A stretch of 64,000 nt of DNA from Octopus vulgaris. Lineage: Eukaryota. Below, one piece after another: positions 1 to 12,192 of the stretch (position 1 is the first letter of the stretch; every line of letters starts with the position of its first letter). The position numbers and the translations under genes were made by a program. Under the pieces are notes generated by a model that was not told where the DNA came from, did no database searches, and worked only from the letters and a program-made list of their open reading frames with translations. The stretch covers positions 14,074,001-14,138,000 of the forward strand of contig OX597818.1 in the NCBI GenBank assembly GCA_951406725.2. The letters are read 5' to 3'.

Positions 1-706
1 ATAACGAAAAAATGTATGGTGGTTTGAGGCAAACTTGCATAAGCGAAGTCAATAGTTTTCTGTGTTTGTGTTAGTTGACAGATAATTCTGATCGCTATAT
101 ACTTATAATTCGGAACTTCCATTTCCCAGAAATCAGTGACGATAAACACATAAATCATTTGGTATGAAGATAGAGCGACTGCAGATAGAGCAATAAATTT
201 ATTGGGCGGTCTGCTCTTTCTCACTCGATAATTTCCTTTTTAAGCTACATCAAAGGACGTATCATAGCAAATAAAGTGTGTACACTATATGAAATATAAA
301 TTACTATTCGTCTATAATTTGGATTAATTCTCTGACGTGGACAAGCAGAGCAGAAATTCAAAACTGGGCTACCAGTAAATGCTGGAAACAATGGGAAGCG
401 CTTCCGTACATTATTTTCAATATTAATGAACGCTACATATGTACTTTTCATAATTTTATAAATGAAACTTTCTTCATACCATTTACACAATCATTGTTAA
501 TATTCTATATTTTCCCAGATTGTATTAATTTAAAATCTTTCAGAGTTCCTTAACATGTTGATGCATGTAGAATTTATGATGAAATATACATGCAAGACAT
601 GCGTATGCGTGTATACACACATACACACACTCACGCACACAGACACAGATATACATATACAATGCAGACATGCACACACGTACACTCACACACGCATATA
701 TATATC

Positions 707-873
707 GGCACAGGAGTGGCTGTGTGGTAAGTAGCTTGCCACATAGTTCAGGGTTCAGTACTACTGCGTGATCTTCGACAAGTGTTTTCTACTATAGCAT
801 CGGGTTAACCAAAGCCGTGGGAGTGGATTTGGTAGACGGAAACTGAAAGAAGCCCGTCTTATATATATATGTG

Positions 874-910
<37 letters not shown>

Positions 911-1285
911 ATGGGTGGGTGTGTGTGAGTGTGTGTGTATGTGTGTGTGTGTGTTTGTCCCCCCACCATCGCCTGAGAACCGATGCTGGTGTGTTTACGT
1001 TCCCGTAACTGCATAAATAATTCACTGCAGTAGTTTTCGCCGGTTTTGAGAACGTATTAATTTAAAGTTAAAATCAAAATGGGGGTGAAAAATTGGATAT
1101 TAATTTGATAACATCAGTTTTAACACCAGTGGTCTAGCATATAAAAAACTGAGATCCAGCAGATAGACCGATAGAAGGAAGTAGTAGATTTACAAAGAAT
1201 GAGTCCTGGGGTCGATTTGTTCTACTAAAGGTGCTGCCCCAGCATGGCCGCAGTCACATGACAAACAAATAAGAGAATAAAAGAA
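707..1285 (+). mobile_element. tRNA-derived SINE (family A) with internal (TA)/(TG) tract and a ~140-bp interruption
   Basis: A-box-like TGGCTGTGTGGT and B-box-like GGTTCAGT; body GTAGACGGAAACTGAAAGAAGCCCGTC and tail CAGCATGGCCGCAGTC recur at 41005-41430 and, reverse-complemented, at 29470-30575. Confidence 0.75.
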
Positions 1286-1595
1286 TATATATATAGAAAA
1301 CTCTATCCATAACAAAAATCAATATACTATCCAAAGGTTTAAAGTTCACCCCAACCCCACGAAGATCTAACCATAATGAAATTAAAGACACTATTTCGGA
1401 ATTCTGCAGAAAACTACGACTCGCAGGAGAACTAACTGACTACGGCAACGAAGATGAATCACTAGTCAAAAGCAGAAGTAATTACCTTCCACATAAGGGT
1501 AAAAATAAAACACTGGTTGACTACTGCAACCATATCCAAAAGTTCCGCAACACATCCATTAAACGAAAAATTAATCCTAACCTCAACAATCTAGA

Positions 1596-2615
1596 ATGGA
1601 AAATCTGACTGAACTAAAAAACGGCAAAGACCTGACAATTAAAGAAGCTGACAAAGGAAATGCTGTAGTTCTGATGGACACAGAACACTATAAAAACCTA
1701 GTACTTTCCATATTAAAAATCGAGGCCTTCTACGGAAAAGTTATAAACTATAAACAACAAAAAACAATGAAAAATCTTGCATCCTTAATTCTTCTACTTG
1801 GAAAAGGCCTGACAGAAAAAGAAACAGACTACATCACGAACTTCAAATGTAAACTCAGTCTTTTTTATGGCCGCCCTAAGATACACAAGAGCAAGATAAT
1901 CAATGAAGACTGCAAACAATCACCAGGCAAATATATAAATATCCAAACGCCAGAAGACTTGACTTTAAGACCCATTGTAGCTGGGCCAGCCTGTGAAACC
2001 CACCGACTAAGCAATTTTCTAGACATCCTACTGAAACTCTTGCTGAAATACATCGAAAGCTTCATTAGGGATGATTTAGACATGCTAGAACACCTACCTA
2101 AAACGATTAATGAAGAGCCAATATTGGTCACCCTCGATGTTATCAATTTTTTCACCAGCATCCCCCATGACTATGGCATAAAAGCAATTAAATTCTGGTT
2201 GGAAAAGTACCGCGAAGTCCTCCCGGAACGCATAAACCTGACCTTTATTATTGAATCCTTAAAATTTATACTTCAGAACAATTATTTCCTATTTGATGAC
2301 ACATACTATCGTCAGAAATGCGGAATTGCGATAGGAACGAAAGCAGCTCCTGTTCTTGCGAACCTAATAATGGGTTATTTTGAATTCACCTTATATGAAG
2401 TATCACTTCAGAAAAATGGTTACCCATTTTACCTCTACATAAGAGGAAATTGGAAGCGATACCTGGATGACTGCTTTATCATCTGGAAGGAGAACATCGA
2501 CAAACTTTTGGATTTCAAAACAACACTAAATGACATAAATAGTAACATTCAATTCACAATGGAATATAACAAAGAACAACTTCCATTTTTAGACATCATG
2601 ATAAAAAAAAGTTAA
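1596..2615 (+). pseudogene. PLE reverse transcriptase (frameshift at A-run ~2610)
   Basis: 339-aa ORF with PLE RT motifs including RYLDD; a stop just upstream and a frameshift into the thumb region. Confidence 0.9.
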
Positions 2616-2745
2616 CAATGAAATCATAACTGACATTTATTATAAACCAACTGACTCAAAACAATATCTTCTTTTTAACTCATGCCACCCGAAACACATA
2701 AAAATAAACATCCCATTTAACTTAGCAAAAAGGATCTGCACAATA

Positions 2746-3522
2746 ATGTCTGATAGAACAACGCGGGACCTTCGTCTTCAAGACCTCAAAACAAAACTTA
2801 TTGAAAGACAATATCCACCTTCTCTTATCGACGTGGGAATTAAACGTGCCAAACAATTAGACACAAAAACACTAAGAACAAAAAAACATTGCACCACGCC
2901 TCAAACCAAAACATTACTTTTTATATCAACACACAACCCCAGAAACATTGAGGCATTCAACACTATTGTGCAAACTCTCCCTTTACTAACTAGAGATCCA
3001 AAAATGAACGACATCCTGAAAACACACAAACTCATCAAATGCAAAAAACAAGACAAATCGCTAAAGAGACTACTAACAAATGCGAAGATTTACAAAACAA
3101 CCACGAAACCAACGGTTGAAAAATGTGGACGCCCAAACTGTGGAACCTGCCCCAACCTACTTGACGGCTCGGATTTCCTTTTCAAACAAGGACAGAGGTT
3201 CACAATTAAAACTAGTTTCACCTGTGACTCTGAGAACCTAATTTATGTAATAACCTGCTCGGGGTGCGGTCATCAGTACATTGGACAAACGAGTATGACC
3301 CTGAGAAAGAGAATCACTCTACATAAGGAGCAAATCCGTTTCCCGCAATACAGACAAATTCCTTTCAGTGAACACATAGAAAAATGTGCAGGCAACATCA
3401 AACCAAATTTCACAGTCTTCCCTTTCTACCAGTGCAAAGACGCAATCTCTCAACTAGAACGTTTAAATAAAGAAACTTTTTTCACTGAAAAATACAAAAC
3501 ACGTCTTCATATGCACATATAA
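2746..3522 (+). pseudogene. PLE linker plus GIY-YIG endonuclease
   Basis: CGRPNCGTCP...FTCDSENLIYVITCSGCGHQYIGQT...RITLHK. Confidence 0.9.
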
Positions 3523-3810
3523 CCAAATTTTATATTTTTACATATTCTATTCACGATTACATCACTGTACATAAATCCCCTACTAAACAAGGTTTTTAAA
3601 AACCTGTCTGTTCTGTACACATATTTAATCCCCACCCATTACCGAAAGCTGAACAGCTATCTCCCTTACACACAACAATAACAATAATAACAACCAATTA
3701 CCTCCCTTTATTTATCTACTTGTGAAGTCATTCACTCGTGAATTTCATTACACACAACATGGATCAAATTTCTTCTTAAGAAAAAATATATATTCAAATA
3801 AATAAAACAT

Positions 3811-3849
3811 AATATCATGAATAGCGATAGCGAAACCGGTCGATATATT
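3811..3849 (+). ncRNA. degenerate minimal hammerhead ribozyme in PLE 3' terminus
   Basis: AATATC...GAAACCGGTC GATAT: palindromic ACCGGT stem III, GUC triplet, ATATC/GATAT stem I; CUGAUGA box eroded to ATGA. Confidence 0.5.
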
Positions 3850-3965
3850 AAAAATTATATTAAAACTATGTAAGTGTGCGTATTTTCCTTTTGTAATTCC
3901 TTATATATATATATATATACTTTGTTATTAAAGCTGCAAAAACATCACAAAAATATCACAAAAAT

Positions 3966-4003
3966 CTGCTACTCAGAGTTTCATATTCCCGTTTCTCAGA
4001 CAA
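3966..4003 (-). ncRNA. degenerate hammerhead-like motif
   Basis: minus strand TTGT-CTGAGAA-ACGGGAATAT-GAAACTC-T-GAGTA-GCAG; ACTC/GAGT stem III and GUA triplet; G8 and stem II damaged. Confidence 0.4.
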
Positions 4004-4356
4004 GGGTAAAAAGCCCAATCTGTCTGCTGTTTTCACGACTATACTGCACATGAAATAATACTATCTTGTCAAACAGCTACAGGATTCGAACCCGCATCTT
4101 CCAGATAACCGATATTGTTGTCAGTGGGCAACTTCGCTTAATTCATAGAATACTCAGCCGGTATCTGGGAGATGCGGATTCGACGGTCATGTAAGGGTAA
4201 AATAGCCAGTCTTTCTGCTGTTTTCAGGGCTATACTACATTCAAAATATTACTTTCTTGTTTGTATATAACGATAGACATTCGACGCTTCCCCCCAAAAA
4301 GGTTGTTTGCATATGTTACTACATCTCTCTCTCTCTCTCTTCATATATATATATAT

Positions 4357-4395
<39 letters not shown>

Positions 4396-4409
4396 CGTGT
4401 GTGTGCGTA

Positions 4410-4640
4410 CAGGGTTGCCCAAAAGTCGCCTAACAGTGAATCAAAACTATTTAATACCAACATTTATTTATGTTTAAGAACTGAATGAATTAAATAAAAG
4501 CATGAAGATATGAAACATCATCAACATTCTTCAAACTGAGGTCCTTCTTGAGTGACGCAATTTTTCCATTCGAATCAATGCAGAATTACAGATAGTATTT
4601 ATGGAATTTTGATTTACTATCGTGTGACTTATGGCCAAAA
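4410..4640 (-). mobile_element. Tc1/mariner-superfamily 3' terminal relic
   Basis: TA-CAGGGTTGCCCAAAAGT terminus; minus strand CVTQEGPQFE resembles the transposase C-terminal C...GG.FE motif. Confidence 0.4.
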
Positions 4641-4816
4641 TGACCCGTCCTTGTTTCTTCTGGTCCCTTTTTGTATCATCATCTGCCTGGATGTTTTGTT
4701 GTCCCTTTTTTGTATCATCTAACTTTCTGGATGTTTTGCGTTCTTGCCCCATTTTTTGTATTCGTTTTTATACACATATGGCAGCGTATGTATACTTTCG
4801 TTTCTTATATTTATGT

Positions 4817-4878
<62 letters not shown>

Positions 4879-4880
<2 letters not shown>

Positions 4881-5078
4881 CCGCGTGTGTACCGTTGGCC
4901 ATTTTTTCCTCCATCTTCCCTTCCCTGGATCTTTCCTTTTCCTGTGTTTCTGACGAAGAGCTCCACTCGAAACGTTAAACCCTCTTTCTTCCCTTCCTTC
5001 CTGAGCGTCCAATAATACTATATTTGTTCCACGTCCTCGCGTTGTTGTGTTTTCTCTTTGTGTTTTCATGTTTGGATT

Positions 5079-5081
<3 letters not shown>
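4879..5081 (+). mobile_element. short PLE 3'-terminus cassette (solo pLTR fragment) with hammerhead ribozyme, in (TA)n
   Basis: Homologous to 14729-14940, 33985-34190, 40363-40555 and (reverse) 15832-15985; (TA)n on both sides. Confidence 0.8.
4946..4980 (+). ncRNA. minimal type I hammerhead ribozyme, intact core
   Basis: GTTT-CTGACGA-A-GAG-CTCCA-CTC-GAAACGTT-AAAC: stem I GUUU/AAAC, stem II GAG/CUC, palindromic ACGU stem III, GUU triplet. Confidence 0.8.
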
Positions 5082-5132
<51 letters not shown>

Positions 5133-5399
5133 TGTACGACTCTCAGATTCTTTCATTCTATCAGCCCCTTCACACTTACTTCTTTCTTTCCCCTCTTCTT
5201 TTTTTCGTTCCCATCTCTCACCTTTCTTGGCTTTCTCTTCCTTCTCACCTTCCCTCCCCTTTCACTTCACTCTCTCCCTTTTCTTATTCTCGTCCCTCCC
5301 TAATTGTTCTATCCCTGTGACTCTAGCTCTCTCCTCTCTCTCCACGTGACCAGTGTTCGGGCAAGCCTGACCATTCTTTCTTGATTCGACTTCCATCCG

Positions 5400-5935
5400 T
5401 GCATCCTTGCCTTTTGGACTATGTTTTGGTGTCTCGACTTTGTCCAACCATTGTGCTGAACCTTTCTGGTTGTTGTATTGGATCCAGCTTTCATCACTTG
5501 TTACAATTCGATTTAAAATTATTCATTTTTGTGATAAAAAAAGGGCAGAATGCATGCTTCCAAAGTTGCTGTTTCTGATTTTCATTGAGTTCATGTGGAA
5601 CACATCCAAGTTTTTCACTTTACCGAATTGAAGTAGGTGAGGCAATATTGTTTGCTTGCTAACAACAAAAGACAGCAGTATTTCACAGGCACTTTGAGAT
5701 GACCTGACTTCACGGTGGCTTTCAGTTTGTCATTATCCACTTATGTTTCTAGTCAACTGCGTTGCTCATTTGTGAGGTCAAAGTTACCAGAACGAAATTT
5801 TGCAAACCAATTTGATGCTGTCTGCTGTGTAATAACGTTACAATGAAATAATCTATTAATATTTCGAGCTGTCTATGATGCTATATTTCCAAGAAAGAAC
5901 TATTTCAAATCTACGAATTTCCGACTTATCTATCT
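5400..5935 (-). mobile_element. mariner transposase relic
   Basis: minus strand TARNINRLF...NWFAKFRSGNFDLTNE (HTH) and RIVTSDESWIQYNNQKGSAQWLDKVETPKHSPK; stops present. Confidence 0.8.
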
Positions 5936-5959
5936 CTTAACAAAAATAGCAAAAAACTT

Positions 5960-6295
5960 CAGGTCAAAAGGTCCTTGAGTAAGAGTTGTTTAATGATGTT
6001 GAACGAATCACCCATATTTCAAGAGGGGAATTATCCAATCCCCAAAGAATTACTCTCATGGCTATGATACTCCCCCACTACTTCTGCTCCTGATCAGAGA
6101 TGCACATATCGTCAGCCACGATGGGATGTGCTCAACTGGATAAGGTAAAACAACAGGCAAGCAAATTTGTGGTATTGAGCAGAAAATTTGTTGTAGCTCT
6201 TCTTTGATGTCAAGACAAAACAATATCCATTTTAACAATTCCAATCAGTTAAGATGATAAGCCATGAAAGCCCCTGCTTGGTACTGCATCGGGGC
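5960..6295 (-). mobile_element. partial copy of (TAA)n-associated non-coding interspersed repeat
   Basis: Reverse complement matches 57041-57390 (GATCAGAGATGCACATATCGTCAGCCAC vs GTGGCTGATGATATGTGCATCTCTGATC). Confidence 0.7.
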
Positions 6296-6319
6296 TGTAT
6301 TATTAATTATTATTATTTT

Positions 6320-6682
6320 TTTTTCTTCTTTCAAATTTGCTTCCATTTCTTGCCGAGTGTCTTCCCGATTCCTAGGGCAAAGAAACTCATAGTATACATT
6401 GGTAGGCCATTAAACCAAACTCAATAGTTGGTTCATTTTCTTTTTTTTTTAAATTTATATTAAAATACATGAGCAGCAACAGTTCTCACATCGACAATGC
6501 TCTTCTCAATACGTGTGATGTACCAGTTAAGACAATCTTTTGCACTTCTTGCAGGGATGGTAAGCCAGGGATCATTCTCATATAATTTTCGGTTCCCTTC
6601 TTGATCATTCCTAGTGCTCCTACGATCACTGGTATTGTAACCGCCTTGAGATGCCACATTTTCTCAATTTCAATGAGTAGGC

Positions 6683-6684
<2 letters not shown>
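6320..6684 (-). mobile_element. Dong/R4-type REL LINE 3' fragment in (TAA)n
   Basis: LLIEIEKMWHLKAVTIPVIVGALGMIKK...VQKIVLTGTSHVLRRAL, homologous to the 37044-37250 ORF; (TTA)n both sides; a second 3'UTR piece at ~6770-6880. Confidence 0.85.
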
Positions 6685-6742
<58 letters not shown>

Positions 6743-6887
6743 CATCATCACCATTATTATTATTATTTTCACTTTCTTCAATTTTTTTTCCATTTCTTGT
6801 CGAGTGTTTTACGTACACGTAGGGTAAAGAAGCTCATGGTATGCATTCCCAGATTACACACGCAAATTCACAGGTAAAATATCAGCG

Positions 6888-6984
6888 GCAGTGGTAATAG
6901 TATTAGTAGTGGCAGCAGCAACAGCAGCAGCAACAGCAGCAGTACCAGAAGTGGCAGCAGCCACATCAGCAGCCGTGATAGTAA

Positions 6985-7044
<60 letters not shown>

Positions 7045-7064
7045 CAGCAGCAGCAGTAGTAGTA
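6888..7064. repeat. (GCA)n/(GTA)n compound microsatellite
   Basis: direct reading. Confidence 0.9.
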
Positions 7065-7597
7065 AGTGCGGCTCATGTAATGTGTATTTTTTTAAAGTGG
7101 GATGGGTTCCGATCGGTCAAAGAGAGTTCAAATGTCTACTACTACTAGCAGCGAACGACATCCACAGTGACCTTGACCTTAAGAAAATTAAGGAAGGGCT
7201 GACTTATTCTGTTCTGTATTTATGAATAGAGAAGTTGTGTTCGACCAAAGAAAATCTATTATTATTCTCATTATTATTTTTTCCACGTGCATTTCTGTTA
7301 TAGCAATAAAAGGTATGTTTGCATATTTTGGGTAGTCAGGGAGAAAATAAAGGTAATATTGTAGAAATTGAAGTTAACTTTTCTAGAGACGTTCGTTTGA
7401 ATGTCCAGCTAGAGAAAACAGTTGTATTTTTGCAATAACAAGGAAATAAAAAGGATGCTTAAATTTTTGAATACTCATGGAGAAGGGAAAGAAAAGGCAA
7501 CAAGAAGAGTCAAATTTTCACAGAAAATTTTAAGATTCACAAAGATGGTCTTTTCTTTGTCCACACAAAGAAAACTGTAATGTCTTTAAAATTATTG

Positions 7598-8340
<743 letters not shown>

Positions 8341-8586
8341 TCTTATGTCTCAAACTTTTCCTAGACTTCCACGATTCTATATTTTGAATGAAGTTTTTGA
8401 TGTAGCCGTATATTACTCCTATTTTATAGAATCAAGGGATAATTAGATTGTTTGCGTTGCGATTTCCACCGATCTTTTTTTTTCTTTTTGTCTTTGGGTA
8501 ATTTTCTTTTCAGTTACACGGAACGGTTTTTCCCAATAATTTCGCAAATAACAAAGTACCAATTCCATTGCCCATGTAATATGTGC

Positions 8587-8624
<38 letters not shown>

Positions 8625-11600
8625 ATGTGCGTATGTATGCTTCTGCAAATCTGTGCATATGTAGGTGACTATGTATTTATATGTTTGAGTGTATGTAGAA
8701 GAGAAAGTGAAGATGCAAGGCTTACAAAAGTAATGAGACAAACCATTATACATAAATCCCTTTACTTCAAAAGGAACAGCGATATCCTTCCCTCTAAAAA
8801 TTAGAGAGAACAACGTTCTTGAAAATATCAACATGTCAGTGTCCTAAGTAAAACAATAGCTAAAGCAACTTAATATCACTTAACATTACGTGTTACAAAA
8901 GATTTCAGTAAATGAAGTCTAAGCACAAGTTGTTTTGTTTTTATAACTTTCTCATTTCCTTTATTTTAATATTTATATTTGCCTCTGGGATCGTGACAAA
9001 CTTTGAAACTAATATTTATATTTGCTTTTAATTTGAAAGGAAACACAATAATTATTTTTGTCAATTTCAACATGTTATAATGAATTCAGAAGTGGGCACG
9101 AAGTTACATAGACAATTTTTTTTTTAAATTACAAGCATTTCCACATTAAAGAACAAAAGAGAACCTGTATGGCTTGCATCAGATGATTTGTAGCTGTTGT
9201 GCTAGACATTAAAATGATTTAAGACTATAACCGATGCAGGTGTATGTCATGTTGATACATGAGTATGGTAACTGGATACAGAAAAATACTTCAAATAAAT
9301 AAGTATATACTATTTGATAAGTGATACATGTTTGCTTTAATTATTCTTGAGTTAAGGTGATAAATTTCCCAAACTATTAGTCTAAACTTCAGACTACATA
9401 CTTGAAAAAAATATGCCTCCGTGATACATTATGAGCTTGACTTCAAACATAATTAATATGTTAGCAATTACTAAAGATGTAAGCCAAGAAAATATCGAAT
9501 GCTTTCAGAGGGTAAACCAAGTGCTCAGTCTACACTTGATGATTTTTCTCAATTCGAATCTATTCATTATATTGAGTATGGCAACCGTCTTTACAGTCTT
9601 CAGAATACTCTCCCCATTGCTGTTGAAATCTGCAACAAGCTTCGTAGCCAGTATTGAATTTCACTGTCCTCTGCTAGTCCTAACAAAACAGTCGATTAAT
9701 TTTCAATGCATAACGGCACACATTTTTCGCGAAGAGGCTTGACCATGTCCAGTATGATTAACTAAAAATATATTTAAGTGTCCATTTTTAAGACGCATCT
9801 ATTTCAGAATGCACTTCAGACGTCTTCAAGGCCCTTCATTTGTACTCATTTGCCTGTCCAGTCTCAAGTATGACAATCTCCATATTCTGCATTGATGTTA
9901 GTGCCTGAAACACAATGATGTTCCATGTACATCATTTGAGATGACTTTTGTAATTTCCTCTGTTTAATGTTGTTCTCTAGCGCAAGATCTTTATCAACAC
10001 TATAAAATTATTCCCTAACTTCACTCTTTAATATACCAACTGCTTATTGTTTTTTTAAACTACTACGAAGAATTTCAATTTGTCTAGCCCATTTGTTGGT
10101 CTCCATGAAGTTTCCTTTCCTTCATCTACTAGTAAACGGATTTTTGCTTAAAAGCATTTCTAAGTTTCTCCTGCTAATTTCAAAAGTAGTCAAGAAGCTT
10201 GCGTTATTGAAACCTTAAACTCTAACTGCTGACATAAAGAAAATTTTATCCTTAAATGAAATGTATCATAAATATACTATATGCTATGATTTCACTCAAC
10301 CCATATGTTGTTTAGTAAAAATTGGTTATAGCCAGCAATTATAAATTGACCAGTAGCCGGTCGACAGCAAAAGGTCAAAAGGTCGGGATTACATGTAGAC
10401 TGTGTTGATAGTCGTGTCTCTGCTGATATACCAATTATACTATGATACTGAGTGGACGTTAAAACGATCCAACCTTTTGAGTGCAATAACTCTACGACTG
10501 GGTTTTTTACACTACCAGATAGAACCTTTCTATCGATGACTCTGGAATATAACAATATCTTTCAGAGCGACAACCGTCGTCAAAAGACAGATGCAACATC
10601 ATATTAACGCATTCGGAAAATTTGTAGTCTATTGTCAGACATTTAGAATGCGTTACACACATTTATTATGTCTGCTACAGCGGCACCTAGGATACACTTA
10701 CTAAACCCTATTAGAAGGACAAAAGGAAAAGTGACCAGATATCTGAAACATGTGGTTATACAGTCAGTGGTTGCATAAACAACCATTAACAGTTACCAAG
10801 CTACAAGGAAAATGTGTTACTGTGAAATAAGGGTATGACCGTCTGATAGCCCTTCAAGACAAAAGATATAGTCTCTAATTGAAAATACAGGAACGTCTAT
10901 GACAAAAGTGATATCCTTCTTGATACGATGAGTTGATTTTGTAGCTTTTTGTAGCTTCTTATTATTGATTTTACTGCGCTTAAAAAAGCAATCTCTTACT
11001 GTGCTAACCAATCCACGAATCAGAATTCCACATGTAATAGACCAAAATAATTCATAAATATGCAGTTCAATAGTTTATTATTTGGATAAAGCTATTGTGT
11101 GGAATTGGTGGAATGAACACAAATATTATCGATATTCTCTTTAGAAGTACGAAAAATGAAATTAATCAGATGTAAAGAATTTGTATTGTCCTTATTTCAA
11201 GGTATCTCTTTCCCACTAAACTCAAAAACTTCATTATTATCCCGCCCCGAGTTTCATACTTTTAATATTAGTACTACTCCATTTTTTGCAACTGTTCCAT
11301 TTGTAAATACGATACTACAATTGCTGCTATTCCTACTACAATGCTCCCCACTACAACCATTATGATCGCCATCACCACTAGCAATATCACTATGAATCCC
11401 ACCCCATCGTCATCCCTACTAATTTCTTCGGTTACCACTGCTATTACTGAAACTACTCTGATGAGACTATCGTGTAGCTGCTAATGCAACAAGGTAGGGA
11501 ATCAAATTCACCATACCTGCTCCTGATCTAGAAATGATTGCAAGTGCCCGGAAAATCGGATAAAGCGAGGTTCTCTAAAGTCTGCACAAGATATGAAATC

Positions 11601-12011
11601 AAACCATACAAAACTAAAAGAAAAGCTGTAAAAGATGTTGACTAGAACAGTTACTGTGCAAGTCAGTGATTTTATTGATTCATCTTTAAATCTGTTGCAC
11701 ACATTAACCAATTAGGCTTATTAGTATAACGAAAATGGAATTAGCTAATATTATTTAATTCTTTATTTGTAATATATTATTGAAACTTTAAATGAAAATC
11801 TGTTCTTCATAACACGTTATGTAAAGTAAAAGGCAATTCTTACGATAAATGTTTAATTAATATTGAGAAATCGAATTCCTATAAGACATTATTAGTTACA
11901 GAAGATTGGATAAATTACATTGTCTAAACTTTAAAGACGATGGTAGTGCTGGGAAGAATGGTTATACAAAATATTCTTTAGTTAGTATAGAAAGTTATTA
12001 TTCCATAAATC

Positions 12012-12192
12012 AAAATGCTTAGCGGCACTTCGTGCACGTTTACGTTTTGTGATGAAATTCTGCCAAGGTCGACTTTACTTTTTGTCCCTCTTTGGGTCGA
12101 TAAAATAACTACCAGTTGAACACTGGGGTCGATGTAATCGATTAGCTCTCTCCACCAAAATTTGGAGCTTTGTGCCTCTAATAGAAAAGAAC
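12012..12192 (+). mobile_element. SINE family B (conserved central domain GGTCGACTTT...GGGTCGATAAAATAA)
   Basis: Shared with 19125-19340 (-), 20850-21063, 29158-29352 (+) and 53150-53272 (-); core resembles the central domain of MetaSINE-type SINEs (recalled, not searched). Confidence 0.7.

Larger units (their letters stand above)
1296..3901 (+). mobile_element. Penelope-like retroelement (Neptune-like), 5'-truncated, flanked by (TA)n
   Basis: LSKGLKFTPTP N-terminal motif at ~1330; RT motifs IKEADKGNAVV, FYGRPKIHK, RPIVA, GIAIGT, RYLDD; thumb YYKPTDSKQYL..SCHP; Zn motif CGRPNCGTC and GIY-YIG LIYVITCSGCGHQYIGQT; (TA)n on both sides. Confidence 0.93.

Noticed and set aside
1596-3522. Selenocysteine-type (Naiad) PLE or telomerase
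   Set aside because: Endonuclease is C-terminal, no in-frame UGA at conserved Cys positions was seen, and there are no TERT-specific motifs
9400-11000. Short ORFs as a host pseudogene
   Set aside because: No recognisable motif in the frames I read; many stops
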